Shown: piece by piece, positions 40,537 to 52,863 of the stretch | Layout: each line of letters opens with the position of its first letter | Position numbering within the stretch: the first letter of the stretch is position 1 | Origin: Octopus sinensis | Lineage: Eukaryota | Reading direction: 5' to 3' | DNA length: 64,000 bases | NCBI RefSeq assembly: GCF_006345805.1 | Contig: NC_043003.1 | Coordinates: 34,348,001-34,412,000 of the forward strand | Program-made: the position numbers and the translations under genes | Notes under the pieces: generated by a model | What the model was told of the DNA's origin: nothing | Databases searched by the model: none | What the model saw: the letters and a program-made list of their open reading frames with translations, nothing else

Positions 40537-40613
40537 TCGAAATTTCTACTGAAGAAGGAATATATCTTTTTTATAAGATTAAGTCCGAAATTGATTCAAT
40601 ATAGAGATAACGA
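40537..40613 (+). ncRNA. Type I hammerhead ribozyme, right copy 3 (intact, reference copy)
   Basis: Stem I ATTTCTA/TAGAGAT plus a distal TCG/CGA. Core CTGAAGA 40549-40555 with one extra A. Stem II GGA/TCC extended by ATCTT/AAGAT. GAAA 40587-40590. Stem III ATTG/CAAT with an ATT loop. AUA triplet, predicted cut after 40601. Confidence 0.85.
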
Positions 40614-41028
40614 AATTTAAATTTCTAAAGGTTAGTTGCCCGTTTTCAGTTTCAATTTTCCTGTAACAAGCGGATTATAAGGGGATTAAAACAGTGTATT
40701 TGGCTTTAGAATAACCCTCTTTAGCCCTTAATTATATGATGTATATTGCAACCGTAACGGTTTTTTTAAATATACTGCCCACGCTTCTTGATGATTCCTT
40801 TGCTGTAGAGTAAGGGACTTCATCCTATATTGCTTAGTAGTAAACTCGATGCTTGCTACAGGAGGACTGGTAACCATTACAATTGTGTAGCGGCGAAAAG
40901 GTCTGGACGTTGTTTTCTGAGGCTGACCAAAGAATTTTATTTTTAGATATAAATGATGTACTCAAGTGTAGTTATGTTTTAGCTTGTGTTTTTCCATGAT
41001 CATACGTGAGTATTTTAATTATATCCCA

Positions 41029-41103
41029 TCGAAATTTTACTGAAGAAGGAATATATCTTTTTTATAAGATTAAGTCCGAAATTGATTCAATATAGAGATA
41101 ACG
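41029..41103 (+). ncRNA. Type I hammerhead ribozyme, right copy 4 (core intact, 1-nt stem I deletion)
   Basis: gaaattttactgaagaagg...gtccgaaattgattcaatatagag; predicted cut after 41092. Confidence 0.7.
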
Positions 41104-41514
41104 AAATTTAAATTTCTAAAGGTTAGTTGCCCGTTTTCAGTTTCAATTTTCCTGTAACAAGCGGATTATAGTGGATAAAACAGTGTATTGGCTTTAGAAA
41201 AACCCTCTTTAGCCCTTAATTATATGATGTATATTGCAACCGTAACGGTTTTTTAAATATACTGCCCACGCTTCTTGATGAATTCCTTTGCTGTAGAGTA
41301 AGGACTTCATCCTATATTGCTTAGTAGTAAACTCGATGCTTGCTACAGGAGGACTGGTAACCATTACAATTTGTAGCGGCGAAAGTCTGGACGTTGTTTC
41401 TGAGGCTGACCAAAGAATTTTTATTTTTAGATATAAATGATGTACTCAAGTGTAGTTATGTTTTTAGCTTGTGCTTTTTCCATGATCATACGTGAGTATT
41501 TTATTTATATCCCA

Positions 41515-41592
41515 TCGAAATTTCTACTGAAGAAGGAATATATCTTTTTTTATAAGATTAAGTCCGAAATTGATTCAATATAGAGATAACGA
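41515..41592 (+). ncRNA. Type I hammerhead ribozyme, right copy 5 (intact)
   Basis: Same fold; predicted cut after 41580. Confidence 0.8.
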
Positions 41593-41743
41593 ATTTAAAT
41601 TTCTAAAGGTTAGTTGCCCGTTTTCAGTTTCAATTTTCCTGTAACAAGCGGATTATAAGGGATTAAAAACAGTGTATTGGCTTTAGAATAACCCTCTTTA
41701 GCCTTAATTATATGATATATATATATATATATATAATATATAT

Positions 41744-42130
41744 GGCTGTGGGCTAAGAGTTTCGCTTTGCAAATGGTTTCAGTTTTCAGTCCCACTGCAC
41801 TGCCCATTTGGACAAGTGTCTTCTGCTATAATCCCGGGATGACCAAAGCATTGTAAGCGAATTTGATAGACAAAAACTGTACGGAATCCCATTGTCTGTG
41901 TGTATATATATATATACATACACACACACACTCATATATATACATATATACGCACTCCTATTTATACACCACATCCAACACTAAATAAGCCGTGTTGGTT
42001 TGTTTATAACCCCGTAACTTAACGGTTTGGCAAAAGTGACCGAGAGAACACATTCCAGTATGAAAAGAAAATTGCCCTACGTAGATTTGTATGAGTAAAC
42101 CCTTCAAGACGACATCCTTAGCAAGCCCGC
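41744..42130 (+). mobile_element. Degenerate SINE family B directly after the array
   Basis: tggctgtgggctaagag...ggtttcagttttcagtcccactgcac...ggacaagtgtcttctgctata. Confidence 0.65.
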
Positions 42131-42354
42131 AGTGAAGGCGGTAAACCCTCAGAGTAAATCGTTACTCTTTGGCCTAAATTAACATGGTGGGAAGGTTAGA
42201 GGCAGTAGAGCAACGGACAATACGCTTTGCGGTATTTTGTTCCTACTCTTTAAATAGCTGCGAGGTCAACTTTACCCTTCATCTCATCGGGGTCGATTAT
42301 ATATAACAAAAAAAAAAAAAAAAAACTAACATGTCAAGTACATGGGGTCGATGT

Positions 42355-42530
42355 TACGTTGTGAGTTCGAATTCCGCCGAGGTCGACTTTGCCTTTCATC
42401 CTTTCGGGGTCGATAAATCAAGTACCAGTTACGCACTGGGGTCGATGTAATCGACTTAATACCTATGTCTGTCCTTGTTTGTCCCCTCTGTCTTTAGCCC
42501 CTTGTGGGTAATAAAGAAATAGGTATTGTT
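42355..42530 (+). mobile_element. SINE family A (young, 5'-truncated) within older copies
   Basis: gagttcgaattccgccgaggtcgactttgcc...aaagaaataggtatt. Confidence 0.8.
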
Positions 42531-42759
42531 TACTCCTTTTCTCAAAATTGCTGACCTTAAGCCTAAATAAGACAACTTTATGAACAGGAACGTTTCGTCT
42601 GTCTTTGTTTGCATTTTGAGTTTAATTCCGCCGAGGTCGGCCTTGTAGCAGTCGTGTACTGGAGCCGGGGTAATCGACTACTGCACCATCCAGCTCTCCT
42701 AAAACTGCTGACCTGTGCCCAAAATTATTAATGGAAACGTTGACTCGTTAGTAGTAGTT

Positions 42760-42950
42760 AGGCGCAGGAGTGGCTGTTAGGCACAGGAGTGGCTTTGTGG
42801 TAAGTAGCTTGCTAACCAACCATATGGTTCCGGGATCAGTCCCACTGCGTGGTATCTTGGGCAAGTGTATTCTCCTATAGCCCCGGGCCAACCAATGCCT
42901 TGTGAGTGGATTTGGTAGACGGAAACTGAAAAAATCCTGTCGTGCATATG

Positions 42951-42981
<31 letters not shown>

Positions 42982-43190
42982 GTTGGTTGTCTGTGTTTGT
43001 CTCCCCTAGCAATGCTTGACAACCGATGCTGGTGTGCTTACGTCCCCGTAACTTAGCGGTTCGGCAAAATTGTCCGACAATAAGTACTGGGCTTACAAAG
43101 AAAAAGTCCTGGTGTCGATTTGCTCGACTAAATGCGGTGCTCCAGCATGGCCGCAGTCAAATGACTGAAACAAGTAAAAGAGTAAAGAGT
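42760..43190 (+). mobile_element. SINE family B with a duplicated ~19-bp 5' end
   Basis: aggcgcaggagtggctgtt aggcacaggagtggctttgtggtaag, then a full body and tail. Confidence 0.85.
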
Positions 43191-43257
43191 TGTAAGAAGG
43201 GTTGGTGGCGTGCAGTAGCATTAGTATTACTATTATTATTATTATTATTATTATTAT

Positions 43258-43291
<34 letters not shown>

Positions 43292-44791
43292 TGTAGTAGT
43301 AGTAGTAGTAGTAGTAGTAGTTAATTGTGTTGCAGTGGTGGGTGTTTGGTTGGCAAAGTGAGGTCATTTGTTATCGACGCAGCTGGAGAAGTAGTTCACT
43401 TATATTATGCACGTGCTCTTGCGTGCATACATGTAAAATGTGACGTTGTATTTGTGCTTGTGCGTGGTGTATGTGTGTGTGCATGCGTGCGCGTGCGTAG
43501 TGTACGTATGTGTGGGCCCTTGTGTGTGTGTGTGTCTGTGTGTGTGTGCACAGTCACGAATGGCATTGGTTTATTTCCGGTTTATATGTCGCCATATGGT
43601 GACAAACTGTATTGACTTTAACGATAGTGTAAAATCGTGAGAGGATACAGCAAGAGAGGGGCGGAGAGAAAATGACAGGGGGAGAGAGAGAGAGAGAGAG
43701 AGAGAGAAACGAGGGAGGAGAGAGAGAGAGAATAAGAGAGAGAGACATAGAGAGAGAAGTGAAAGAAATCGAGAATGGAGAAAATTTCCAGCACCTGACA
43801 TAATTGAAAAAGAAAGATAGAGATAGAAAGAGGAAATAAATGAAAACTTAAGAGACTAGAGAGAAAGAGAAAGAAGGAAAGAAAGAAGGAAAGAAAGAAG
43901 GAAAGAAAGAAAGAAAGAAAGAAAGAAGGAAAGAAAGAAAAGAAAGAAAGCGAATAACAGACAGATAGATTAAGCGAAGGTATATTGTGGATAAAGAAAG
44001 GAAATAAGAGGATAAGACGAAGTAGAAAGAGAACAACAATGGAAAGAAGAAGTATAAGGAAAAAGAAATACTGAGAAAATATGAGAGAGAGAGAGAGAGT
44101 GTGGGGGGAGGGTTGGCGGATGAAGGACAGAGATAGAATGTGATACATTAAGACTGTATAGAAAGCATTAAAGACTGACAAACATGGAACAGGACATGCA
44201 AACATTTGTAAGCAATGGGTTTTCGTCGTATGGAGTCGTATGGAGATGTTTGTTGGATGGCGGAAGTTACAATGAATAATTTCGGTAGGGGGGGGGGAGA
44301 GTAAGAGGAAGAGGAAGAGGAGAAAATGTGGGAAGGGGGTTACAAGTTACAAACGTGGCACGCTGTTATTGTTGTTGTTGTTGTTGTTGTTGTTATTGTT
44401 TACCTGCAGATCAAATCTCAAACGAACATTCTAACAATGCCCACCCCGCCGGTTTTATTTTCTGCGGTCTAAGAAAACACAATGCACCATCGTTTTTTTT
44501 TTTGTTTTTGTTTTTTTTTCCATCTAAGACACTGGGGAGTAAATATAAATGATAAGCTGCTATTTCTAGCAGACCGTCCACATACGGTTATCTCGTTCTT
44601 TATGCATGTATACGTGTATATGTGCACGCATGCATGTGCGCGTATGTATGCATTATGTACGTCGATATATGGCTGTGTGCTTGTACACACATACACACAC
44701 ACACACACACACACATACAAATACATACAGACATACACACATACATACATACATACATACATACATACATACATACATACATACATACATA

Positions 44792-45078
44792 CGCGCAGAA
44801 GTGGCTGTGTGGTAAGAAGCTTGCATCCCAACCACATGGTTACGGGTTCAGTCCCACTGCATGGCACATTGGGCAAGTTTATTCTACTATAGCTTTAAGC
44901 CAGGATAATCTGGTGCTTGCCCGAGGAAGGAAAGCTGCGAATGACCCGTCCTTGTTTTCTTTGTATCGTCTATCTGGATGTTTTGTTGTCCCTTTTTGTA
45001 TCACCTAGCTGTCCGGATGTTTTGCGTTCGAGTCCCATTTTGTATTATACATACATATATATATATGTATATATTTGT

Positions 45079-45122
<44 letters not shown>

Positions 45123-45340
45123 TTTGTGCCTGTGTGTCTGTGTTTGTGTCCCCCACCGCCATCGCTTGACAATCGATGCTGGAGTGTTTACGTCCCCGTA
45201 ACTTAGCGGTTCGGCAAAATTGCCCGACAATAAGTACCAGGCTTACAAAGAAAAAGTCCTGGTGTCGATTTGTTCGACTAAATGCGGTGCTCCAGCATGG
45301 CCGCAGTCAAATGACTGAAACAAGTAAACGAATAAAAGAA
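44792..45340 (+). mobile_element. SINE family B interrupted by a foreign ~155-bp element (44892-45047)
   Basis: Head to ctactatag, then the element related to 22600-22740, then the internal microsatellite and the SINE 3' half. Confidence 0.75.
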
Positions 45341-45555
45341 TATATATATATATACAGTCGAGTGAACGAAAACATTACTACTTAATTGATGAGGGAGTGG
45401 TCAGTAAGGAATGTAACCAACTACCACAAGGTATTTAGTTTGGTGTTTTGCCTTTTTTACCACTCGGTCACTCTAATGTCCCTCTATGTATTAGTAACAC
45501 GTGTGAATATATGTGCGAACGATTGCGAGTCTGTGTAAGCATGAGCATTCATTCC

Positions 45556-45594
<39 letters not shown>

Positions 45595-45887
45595 GTATAT
45601 ATCAGTAGGTGTTTGAATCCAAGCACATATGTTAATTTTTTTTTTCACCGAATAGAAAAAAATGGGTGAAGTGAAACACACACACACACCATATATATAT
45701 ATATATATACATACATGCATACATACATACATTTACACACACACACATATATATATTGTCGTTTTGATAAATAAGTCAGTATTTTGATATTCTAAAGCGA
45801 TGACCAACTAATGTGCTTCTCCATTTTCTTATTTGTAATACATATATATAATATATATATATAATATATATATTATATATATATATG

Positions 45888-45918
<31 letters not shown>

Positions 45919-46270
45919 ATATATATATATAGTGTGTGTGTTGTGGTGTGTGTGTGGTGTGTGTGTGTGTGTGTGTGTATATGTATATATATATATACGT
46001 TTATATATATATATATATATATTACAAATAAGAAATATATATATATATATACAAATAAGAATATATATAGCATTTTACAGAGGAGAAAAAAAGAGTGAGA
46101 GAAATGACGAGACAAAATATGGAGGTGATGATACATATGACATAGAGATATAGTGTGTGAGACAACATACTACAAAGGATACTACAAGGTAGATTTAGAG
46201 AGAATATAAGAGGGGGAAACGACAGAAAAGCAGCGGCAGCGAGATAAATAGACAGATAGACAGACAGATG

Positions 46271-46356
<86 letters not shown>

Positions 46357-46877
46357 AAGAAAGAGAGAGAAGGATGTATAAAAGAGATACGAAGATGCTA
46401 CCAAAGAAAAATAATAACAAGCGATATACATTTAAAAAAATCGATTGAAGCCCAGTTCGATAGACAGATAGATATCGAGGGAGAGGTAGAAAGAAAGACA
46501 ACGAAGAAGAAAGCAAAAGATAAAGAGAAGTCTTAGAGATCGAATCATGGATCGTCGAGTATAAACAGATGTTACCTGTGTCCTGTTTTTCCCCTCCCTC
46601 CCCTCTTTTCTTCTTGAAGTACGTAGAGGAATAAAAGCTAATCAAAAGAGAGAAAAGCGGGTTAGTTTCGATCGAAAGGGGTTTGTTCTCGGTCACTAGA
46701 GAAGTTGGCGGTATACGAATAGACGAGTAGAACAAAGCCAGCGTCGAAGTCACAGCTGGAGGAGGTACTCACACAGCTTGTTTAATTACGAGGAACAGAA
46801 AAACATTACTGCATTAGATGACCATCATAAACAATTTCTAGTTTGTTTCCTGGGGCGCTCTCACACACACACAAACA

Positions 46878-47262
46878 GTGGAGGCGCAATGGCCCAGTGG
46901 TTAGGGCAGCGGACTCGCGGTCATAGGATCGCGGTTTCGATTCCAGACCGGGCGTTTGTGAGTGTTTATTGAGCGAAAACACCTAAAAGTTCCACGAGGC
47001 TCCGGCAGGGGATGGTGGTGATCCCTGCTGTACTCTTTCACCACAACTTTCTCTCACTCTTCCTTCCTGTTTCTGTTGTACCTGTACTTCAAAGGGCCGG
47101 CCTTGTCACTCTCTGTGTCACGCTGAATATCCCCGAGAACTACGTTAAGGGTACACGTGTCTGTGGAGTGCTCAGCCACTTACACGTTAATTTCACGAGC
47201 AGGCTGTTCCGTTGATTCGGATCAACCGGAACCCTCGTCGTCGTAACCGACGGAGTGCTTCC
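46878..47262 (+). mobile_element. SINE family C, tail type 3
   Basis: Same head and body as 18759, with a third distinct 3' segment ending ...gtaaccgacggagtgcttcc. Confidence 0.85.
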
Positions 47263-47651
47263 TCCTACTACACACACACACACAAACGATTGTAAGTGGT
47301 AATTGTTTTTGTGTTTATTGCTATTTCTTAAGTTATTTTTCAGCCCTAGGTTTAGCATTAACCGAACCGAAACTATGATCAAAGATGTTACAGCTGTGGA
47401 CATCACATCGTAGCAATTTCTTTCAATTTTAAAAAAGACAATAGGGTACGAGCTGAGGTAGGTTTGGCTGTTATTTCTTGCAGCTTGAGAGATCACATAT
47501 TATGCTAACTACATGCCTGTCGTAGCAATTGTTATCAATTTCTAACACTGTAAAGCGTATCTTTCTCTTCGTAAACACTCCACACGTGTGTGTGTGTGTG
47601 TGTGTGCGAGCGCACGTGTTAATATTCAGTAGTTTCATATATATATAATAT

Positions 47652-47682
<31 letters not shown>

Positions 47683-48029
47683 GTCCCAGCATGACCGCAG
47701 TCAAACGACTGAAACAAGTAAAAGAATATATATATACATATATATATATTATTATTATATATATATATATATATAATATACTCCTGCAGAGTCACACTCG
47801 CCACTATATTGCAGAGAGGAAGATAAAGACAAAAGAGAGACACAAAAAAAAGGTAGTAGAAGAGTGAAAGAGGAGAGAAAGAAGCGCAGGGAAAACAAAA
47901 AACTGTTTACCGTTGTGTCTCGTACTATAACATCTGGTGAACTGTCTAGCTTCTCTATGAACTGTATACGTCAGCCCTGTTCTGTACCCGCCAACGTGGA
48001 GTACTGCGAAGTAGTCGCTCAACCCGTTA

Positions 48030-48640
48030 AGATATAGCTACCAAATATCGCCGCAAATCGCATGCCACTGAGGACATGATGATGTGAGAATTTGGATAAT
48101 GATACAGCCCTAGATACCCTGCAAGGTTGGTCATGGTTGAAATTCCTCTGATCATATGTCTGTAAAATCAGAGGTGGCGTGAGGTTATACAACAATCCTT
48201 TTTGGGGTCGCTCGACGATCATCCACTCAGATGGTTTTATCTCATCTGGGGCCCTTTCTATATCCAAGGAGTTAGTAGAATTTCTTATGGCTTTATTTCT
48301 GCTCCGTTCCTGTCTTTGACGTTGTGGTTACCGTTCCTCTCCTCTTTGGGAGTGCAACAGATTTGGCGTTGGGAATATTGGAGCAACACAAGGCACAGTG
48401 GAACAGAAAGCTTTAAAGTGCCCGGTTTTGCCACATAGGTAACACCTGGATTTCCTGCCCTTTACGACCACCTACATCTGCTCACACTCTCCGAAACAAA
48501 AGTCCGGGATAATAAAAACTACACCTAAAAACGTTATCTTAGCTCGCCGAAAGAACCATACGCTGGTGGTTATTATTAATCTGACGGCTATAATTTGTTT
48601 TACAGACGTTATATGACGTTGCAAGGTAAAGAATATAGAA
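48030..48640 (-). mobile_element. Decayed gag-like ORF1 of a retroelement with a CCHC zinc knuckle
   Basis: Minus strand IIPDFCFGECEQM*VVVKGRKSR-CYLCGKTGHFKAFC (C-X2-C-X4-H-X4-C at 48444-48403), with stops and frameshifts around it. Confidence 0.65.
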
Positions 48641-48711
48641 ACATATGGTTGATGCATGTGTAGAATTTATTTGTTTTACATGATCAGTTCTGCATTATAC
48701 CTTCAGTTCTA

Positions 48712-48880
48712 AGGAATCGAGCTGGCAGAAACCTTAGCACGCCGGGCGAAATGCTTAGCGGTATTTCGTCTGCCGTTACGTTCTTAGTTCAAATTCCGCC
48801 GAGGTCGACTTTGCCTTTCATCCTTTTGGGGTCGATAAATTAAGGACCAGTTACGCACTGGGGTCGATATAATCGACTTA
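48712..48880 (+). mobile_element. SINE family A
   Basis: gagctggcagaaaccttagcacgccgggcgaaatgc...; ends in (TA)n. Confidence 0.85.
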
Positions 48881-49469
48881 TATATATATACATACATATT
48901 TATATATCTACAATTTAAAAGTAGGATAAAATCTTTATAAGAATTTATCAAGTAGTTAGCGTGAAAAACCTCATTAGGGTAAAATTTATTAATTATTCCC
49001 TTTAAATATATTTTTTTAATATTAAGGACATTACTATACATAAATGCCTCACGCTAGGAGGGACTCTTAAAGTCAAAACTACCATAATAAAATCACAATG
49101 TGTATGTGAGAACAAAAAGTGGATACACTCAATCGGCTTTTGCACCCAGAGAACTGTTTTCCTTGCATAAGAATGTTGGAGTGGAGGTCCATGACAAAAT
49201 AATTTCATAAGATTATAATAGATTGCTGACACCTTTATATGAATGTAATGAAGGTCTGAAAACATTGATGAACATTTCACTAAGTCCTAAATATTGGCCA
49301 TCTCATATTAATGAATAAGATCTAAAATCGCAAGCTTGAGAATGAAGTGAAGTGAAATATCTCAAATCAGATTCGAACCTTCGTGTCAGAATTAGTTTGC
49401 CGAATTATTTCCACCACTTTTGGGTAAACTGTTTGTGCATTCGATAATTAAATTAGAATATTTGTGAAT

Positions 49470-49665
49470 ATTCTTTTCTCCTCTAGGCACAAGACCCGAA
49501 AGTTTTGGGTAGGGGGCCAGTCGATCTGGTACTTAATTTATCGACCCCGAAAGGATGAAAAGCAAAGTTGACCTCGGCGGAATTTGAACTCATAACGTAA
49601 ATTCAGACGAAACACCACTAAGCATTTTGCCCGGCACGCTAACGTTTCTGCCAACACACCGCTTT
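49470..49665 (-). mobile_element. SINE family A
   Basis: Reverse Deu/Nin-like core. Confidence 0.75.
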
Positions 49666-49932
49666 AAAATAGGCTTTTTTTTTTTAATCGATAAGAGTTT
49701 CCCAATAAAAGTTCCGGCTAGATTCCATTACCTTATACAAACTAAAAATGGAACTCCTTTAGTTTATACAAATGGAATGGATGTCACTCGTCATTCTAAT
49801 TCAAGTGAGACCTGTTCGGTTAAGAAATTCGCTTCCCACTGATATGGTTCTGGTTTCGATTCCGTTGTTTGCCACTTTGGGAAAGTGTTTTCTAATATCA
49901 CCTCAAGTAATCTCTGAAACGTAAATGTGTGT

Positions 49933-49982
<50 letters not shown>

Positions 49983-50399
49983 CGCGTGCGTGCGTGCGTG
50001 AGTGTGTGCGAGCGTGTATGTGCGTGTGTGTCTGCTCGCATGTGTGTATATGCACGTACATACCCACAAACACACTCACACACACATACATACACGTATA
50101 TATACATGAATACATACATTTCTGTATGTATTTGTATGGCTTTCGCCGTCAAACAAGAACGAAAGACCGCTTAGAAAAACCAACGACCGCTACTTTTCGA
50201 ATGAAGCCTCTTGCATTGTTATTCTGAACCGACTCACCGGTAATGTCATGGTACCTTAGCTGCTATAAATACAATGTCCCAAAGATTGGTTCATTTGAAC
50301 CATGCATCCAATGACGTCATAGTTCAATTGTGATATAAAATAAGTAATTAAACGAAATTATATATGAAGAATAATAAAATCTCATATAATAAATGTCGA

Positions 50400-50590
50400 A
50401 CGGATGCTGATAAATTCCTAGCTTTGGGTAAAAAAAAATTCAGAAGGATGAGTTAATTATGATTTTATTCAACAAGTCCCCCTCTTTGATTCACACACTT
50501 ATTGCAACGGCCCTTCAGTTTTTCTAAGCCTTGTAAAATAACTCGGAAGTTTGAGCCTTTAACGAGGCCTTCCGCGACAACTTTTCAACA
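50400..50590. mobile_element. Possible mariner-type terminal fragment
   Basis: ggatgctgataaattcctagcttt...attttattcaacaagtcccctct...cacacacttattgc resembles mariner 5' ends as recalled. Not verifiable here. Confidence 0.35.
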
Positions 50591-51029
50591 CCCCATCGTT
50601 AAAAACCTATTAGATAAGTTAATAACAGTGTTACACGTGTAAAAAAGAAATCGGCGTTAATATTTACAAATTCACAAACTGTACACATCTGTACCACCCA
50701 ACGAGAGATCTTCTGGCTCGTTGCTTAAGTTTCAAGAAATAGTAGTTAAATATCCCTCAAATCACATGCTCCTAGCTTAAAAAAGTAAAGACTAGGGAAT
50801 GAATTATAATTACATAAAAAACAGAATGATTACAGCTGGAACGTCTATGCTTATGGGTGCGTGATCAAAGATGTCCTGAAGTTGAATAAGCATAACATAT
50901 GTACACACAGATGGATAGACTTATAGATTGAGAATGTACCATGTGGATTGCTAAAACAATTTTACATGCTGCATATATATTACAGATGGGAGAACTCATA
51001 TATAAATTTATGTACACTATAAATCATTA

Positions 51030-51340
51030 TCCATTCATGCAAAGACCAAAAAATACTCAACATCACATTTAGAATAAAAATAAATTGCTGGGTTAGCAAA
51101 CTACTTTCAGGTTGCAAATTTAGTGTAGTATAAAATAATAATATCACCATTTTCTCTAGTGGCGTACCACAAGTATCCAACCTCTCACCCACTATTTTCA
51201 ACTTCTACCTGCACGATCTTCTCACACCTCTACAAATATAAAACACAGACGGCATTCCCTCGCATCTGCTTACCATACTCTAGACAGTTGTGATATAGCT
51301 TCTTAAAACCCTACATAAAATACCACCACCTGCTCTATAA
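51030..51340 (+). mobile_element. LINE reverse transcriptase remnant
   Basis: SGVPQVSNLSPTIFNFYLHDL from 51158 matches the RT motif GVPQGSVLSP.LF..Y..DL. An upstream W...LSG.K.SV segment also fits. YADD has been lost. Confidence 0.7.
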
Positions 51341-51689
51341 CAGACTTTTTGTAGAACCCCGTCCTTTATTATCAGCTATACAAGAGAATCTTAAATACGG
51401 CCAACCACTACAACAGTATAAACAAATAATACGCATACATGTACACACACGCACACACACGCACACACACACACATACAAACACACACACACATACACAC
51501 ACGCACAACCCACATACAGAAGACAAAAATCAACATTAGTTACATAAAACTGTTTTACATAAGAAATAGAATACATATCAAAGAAGCCGTACACTATCAT
51601 ACTTAGATCAATCAAAGGTACACCATCTTTGGTTAACAGAAACAGCAATGTTATATAAACAAGACACTCGATCCAACAAGGATTATACC

Positions 51690-51922
51690 TAATTTCTTTA
51701 CTACCCACAATGGGCTAAACACAGAGAGGACAAACAAGGACAGACAAATGGATGAAGTCGATTACATCGACCCCAGTGCGTAACTGGTACTTATTTAATC
51801 GACCCCGAAAGGATAAAAGATAAAGACGACCTCGGCGGAATTTGAACTCAGAACGTAACGGCAGACGAAATACGGCAACAGATTTCGCCCGGCGTGCTAA
51901 CGCTTCTGCCAGCTCGCCGCTT
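51690..51922 (-). mobile_element. SINE family A (near full length)
   Basis: Reverse copy from the atttctttactacccac tail to the ccagctcgcc head. Confidence 0.85.
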
Positions 51923-52649
51923 ACGATCCATCAAGGATTATACCAAGCCTTTCTGAACCTCAATCGCTTCATAACAAACCACAATAAAGTGCAGAGACGC
52001 AAAACAGAGTTCTGTTCACAATAACATGTTAAGCGAATACCCCATTTACAGACCGCTTATACTGAAACCAAAACTACTAAAAGAGGGTAGCACTTTTTAT
52101 TGATGCAGTAGGCTTCAGCCCCAACAGTCTAGTTGTTGTATTTAAAATTCCTGCTACAAACGCGCAAATACATAATGCTGCACCCCAAAGTACTAACACG
52201 ACAATATTCTTAAAATATCCTTTTCGTTCGGCCTAGACAACTATAAAAACAACACGTTTACGCATAAAATGCAAACGCATCTATTTTCTTGCTAACCATG
52301 GCGATGCGCACAATGCTAACAACTGGATGCTGAGGAACATCAAATGTCATCCGCTGACCGAATTCGCTTTCTTAGCTTCCGCTAGGGTCACCATCAGAAT
52401 GACAAATAAACTGGATAGTAGGGGGAGTAGAACTGTCACACTTCTCTCATGCGAATCATTACTACATGCTGGACAGTGCAGTATGTTCCTCAGCAAGGGC
52501 AGTAGCTTGCTATAATTAGAATTAAGGATCTTCGGATCGTGCTGAGTAGTTCAATCAACCACGTGTACGCCACAGAACAATTTGATCCCAGTTGGACAGG
52601 GACTATACTATATGAATGCATTTCAAATGCACATACTGACAAATGACAA

Positions 52650-52824
52650 ACTGGCTGTGTGGTAAGTAGCTTGTTTACCAACCACATGGTTCCGGGTTCA
52701 GTCCTACTGCGTGGCACCTTGGGCAAGTGTCTTCTACTATAGCCTCGGGCCGACGGAAACTGAAAAGAAGCCCGTCGTATATATGTATATATATTTAATA
52801 TATATATATATATTATATATATAA

Positions 52825-52863
<39 letters not shown>

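Larger units (their letters stand above)
37984..41716. repeat. Tandem array of a ~490-bp unit (~3.1 copies, then ~4.5 copies in the opposite orientation)
   Basis: actaagcaatatagg recurs at 37984, 38477, 38964 and 39453. Orientation switches at 39522-39524. Reverse units begin ttccatgatc at about 39525, 40010, 40501, 40992 and 41478. (TA)n at both ends. Confidence 0.95.

Noticed and set aside
37984-41716. CRISPR array or plain satellite
   Set aside because: No unique spacers, eukaryotic context, and the ribozyme plus inversion explain it better.
46022-46753. 243-aa minus ORF
   Set aside because: Mostly GATA/GA repeats; the unique part shows no protein-like signal.
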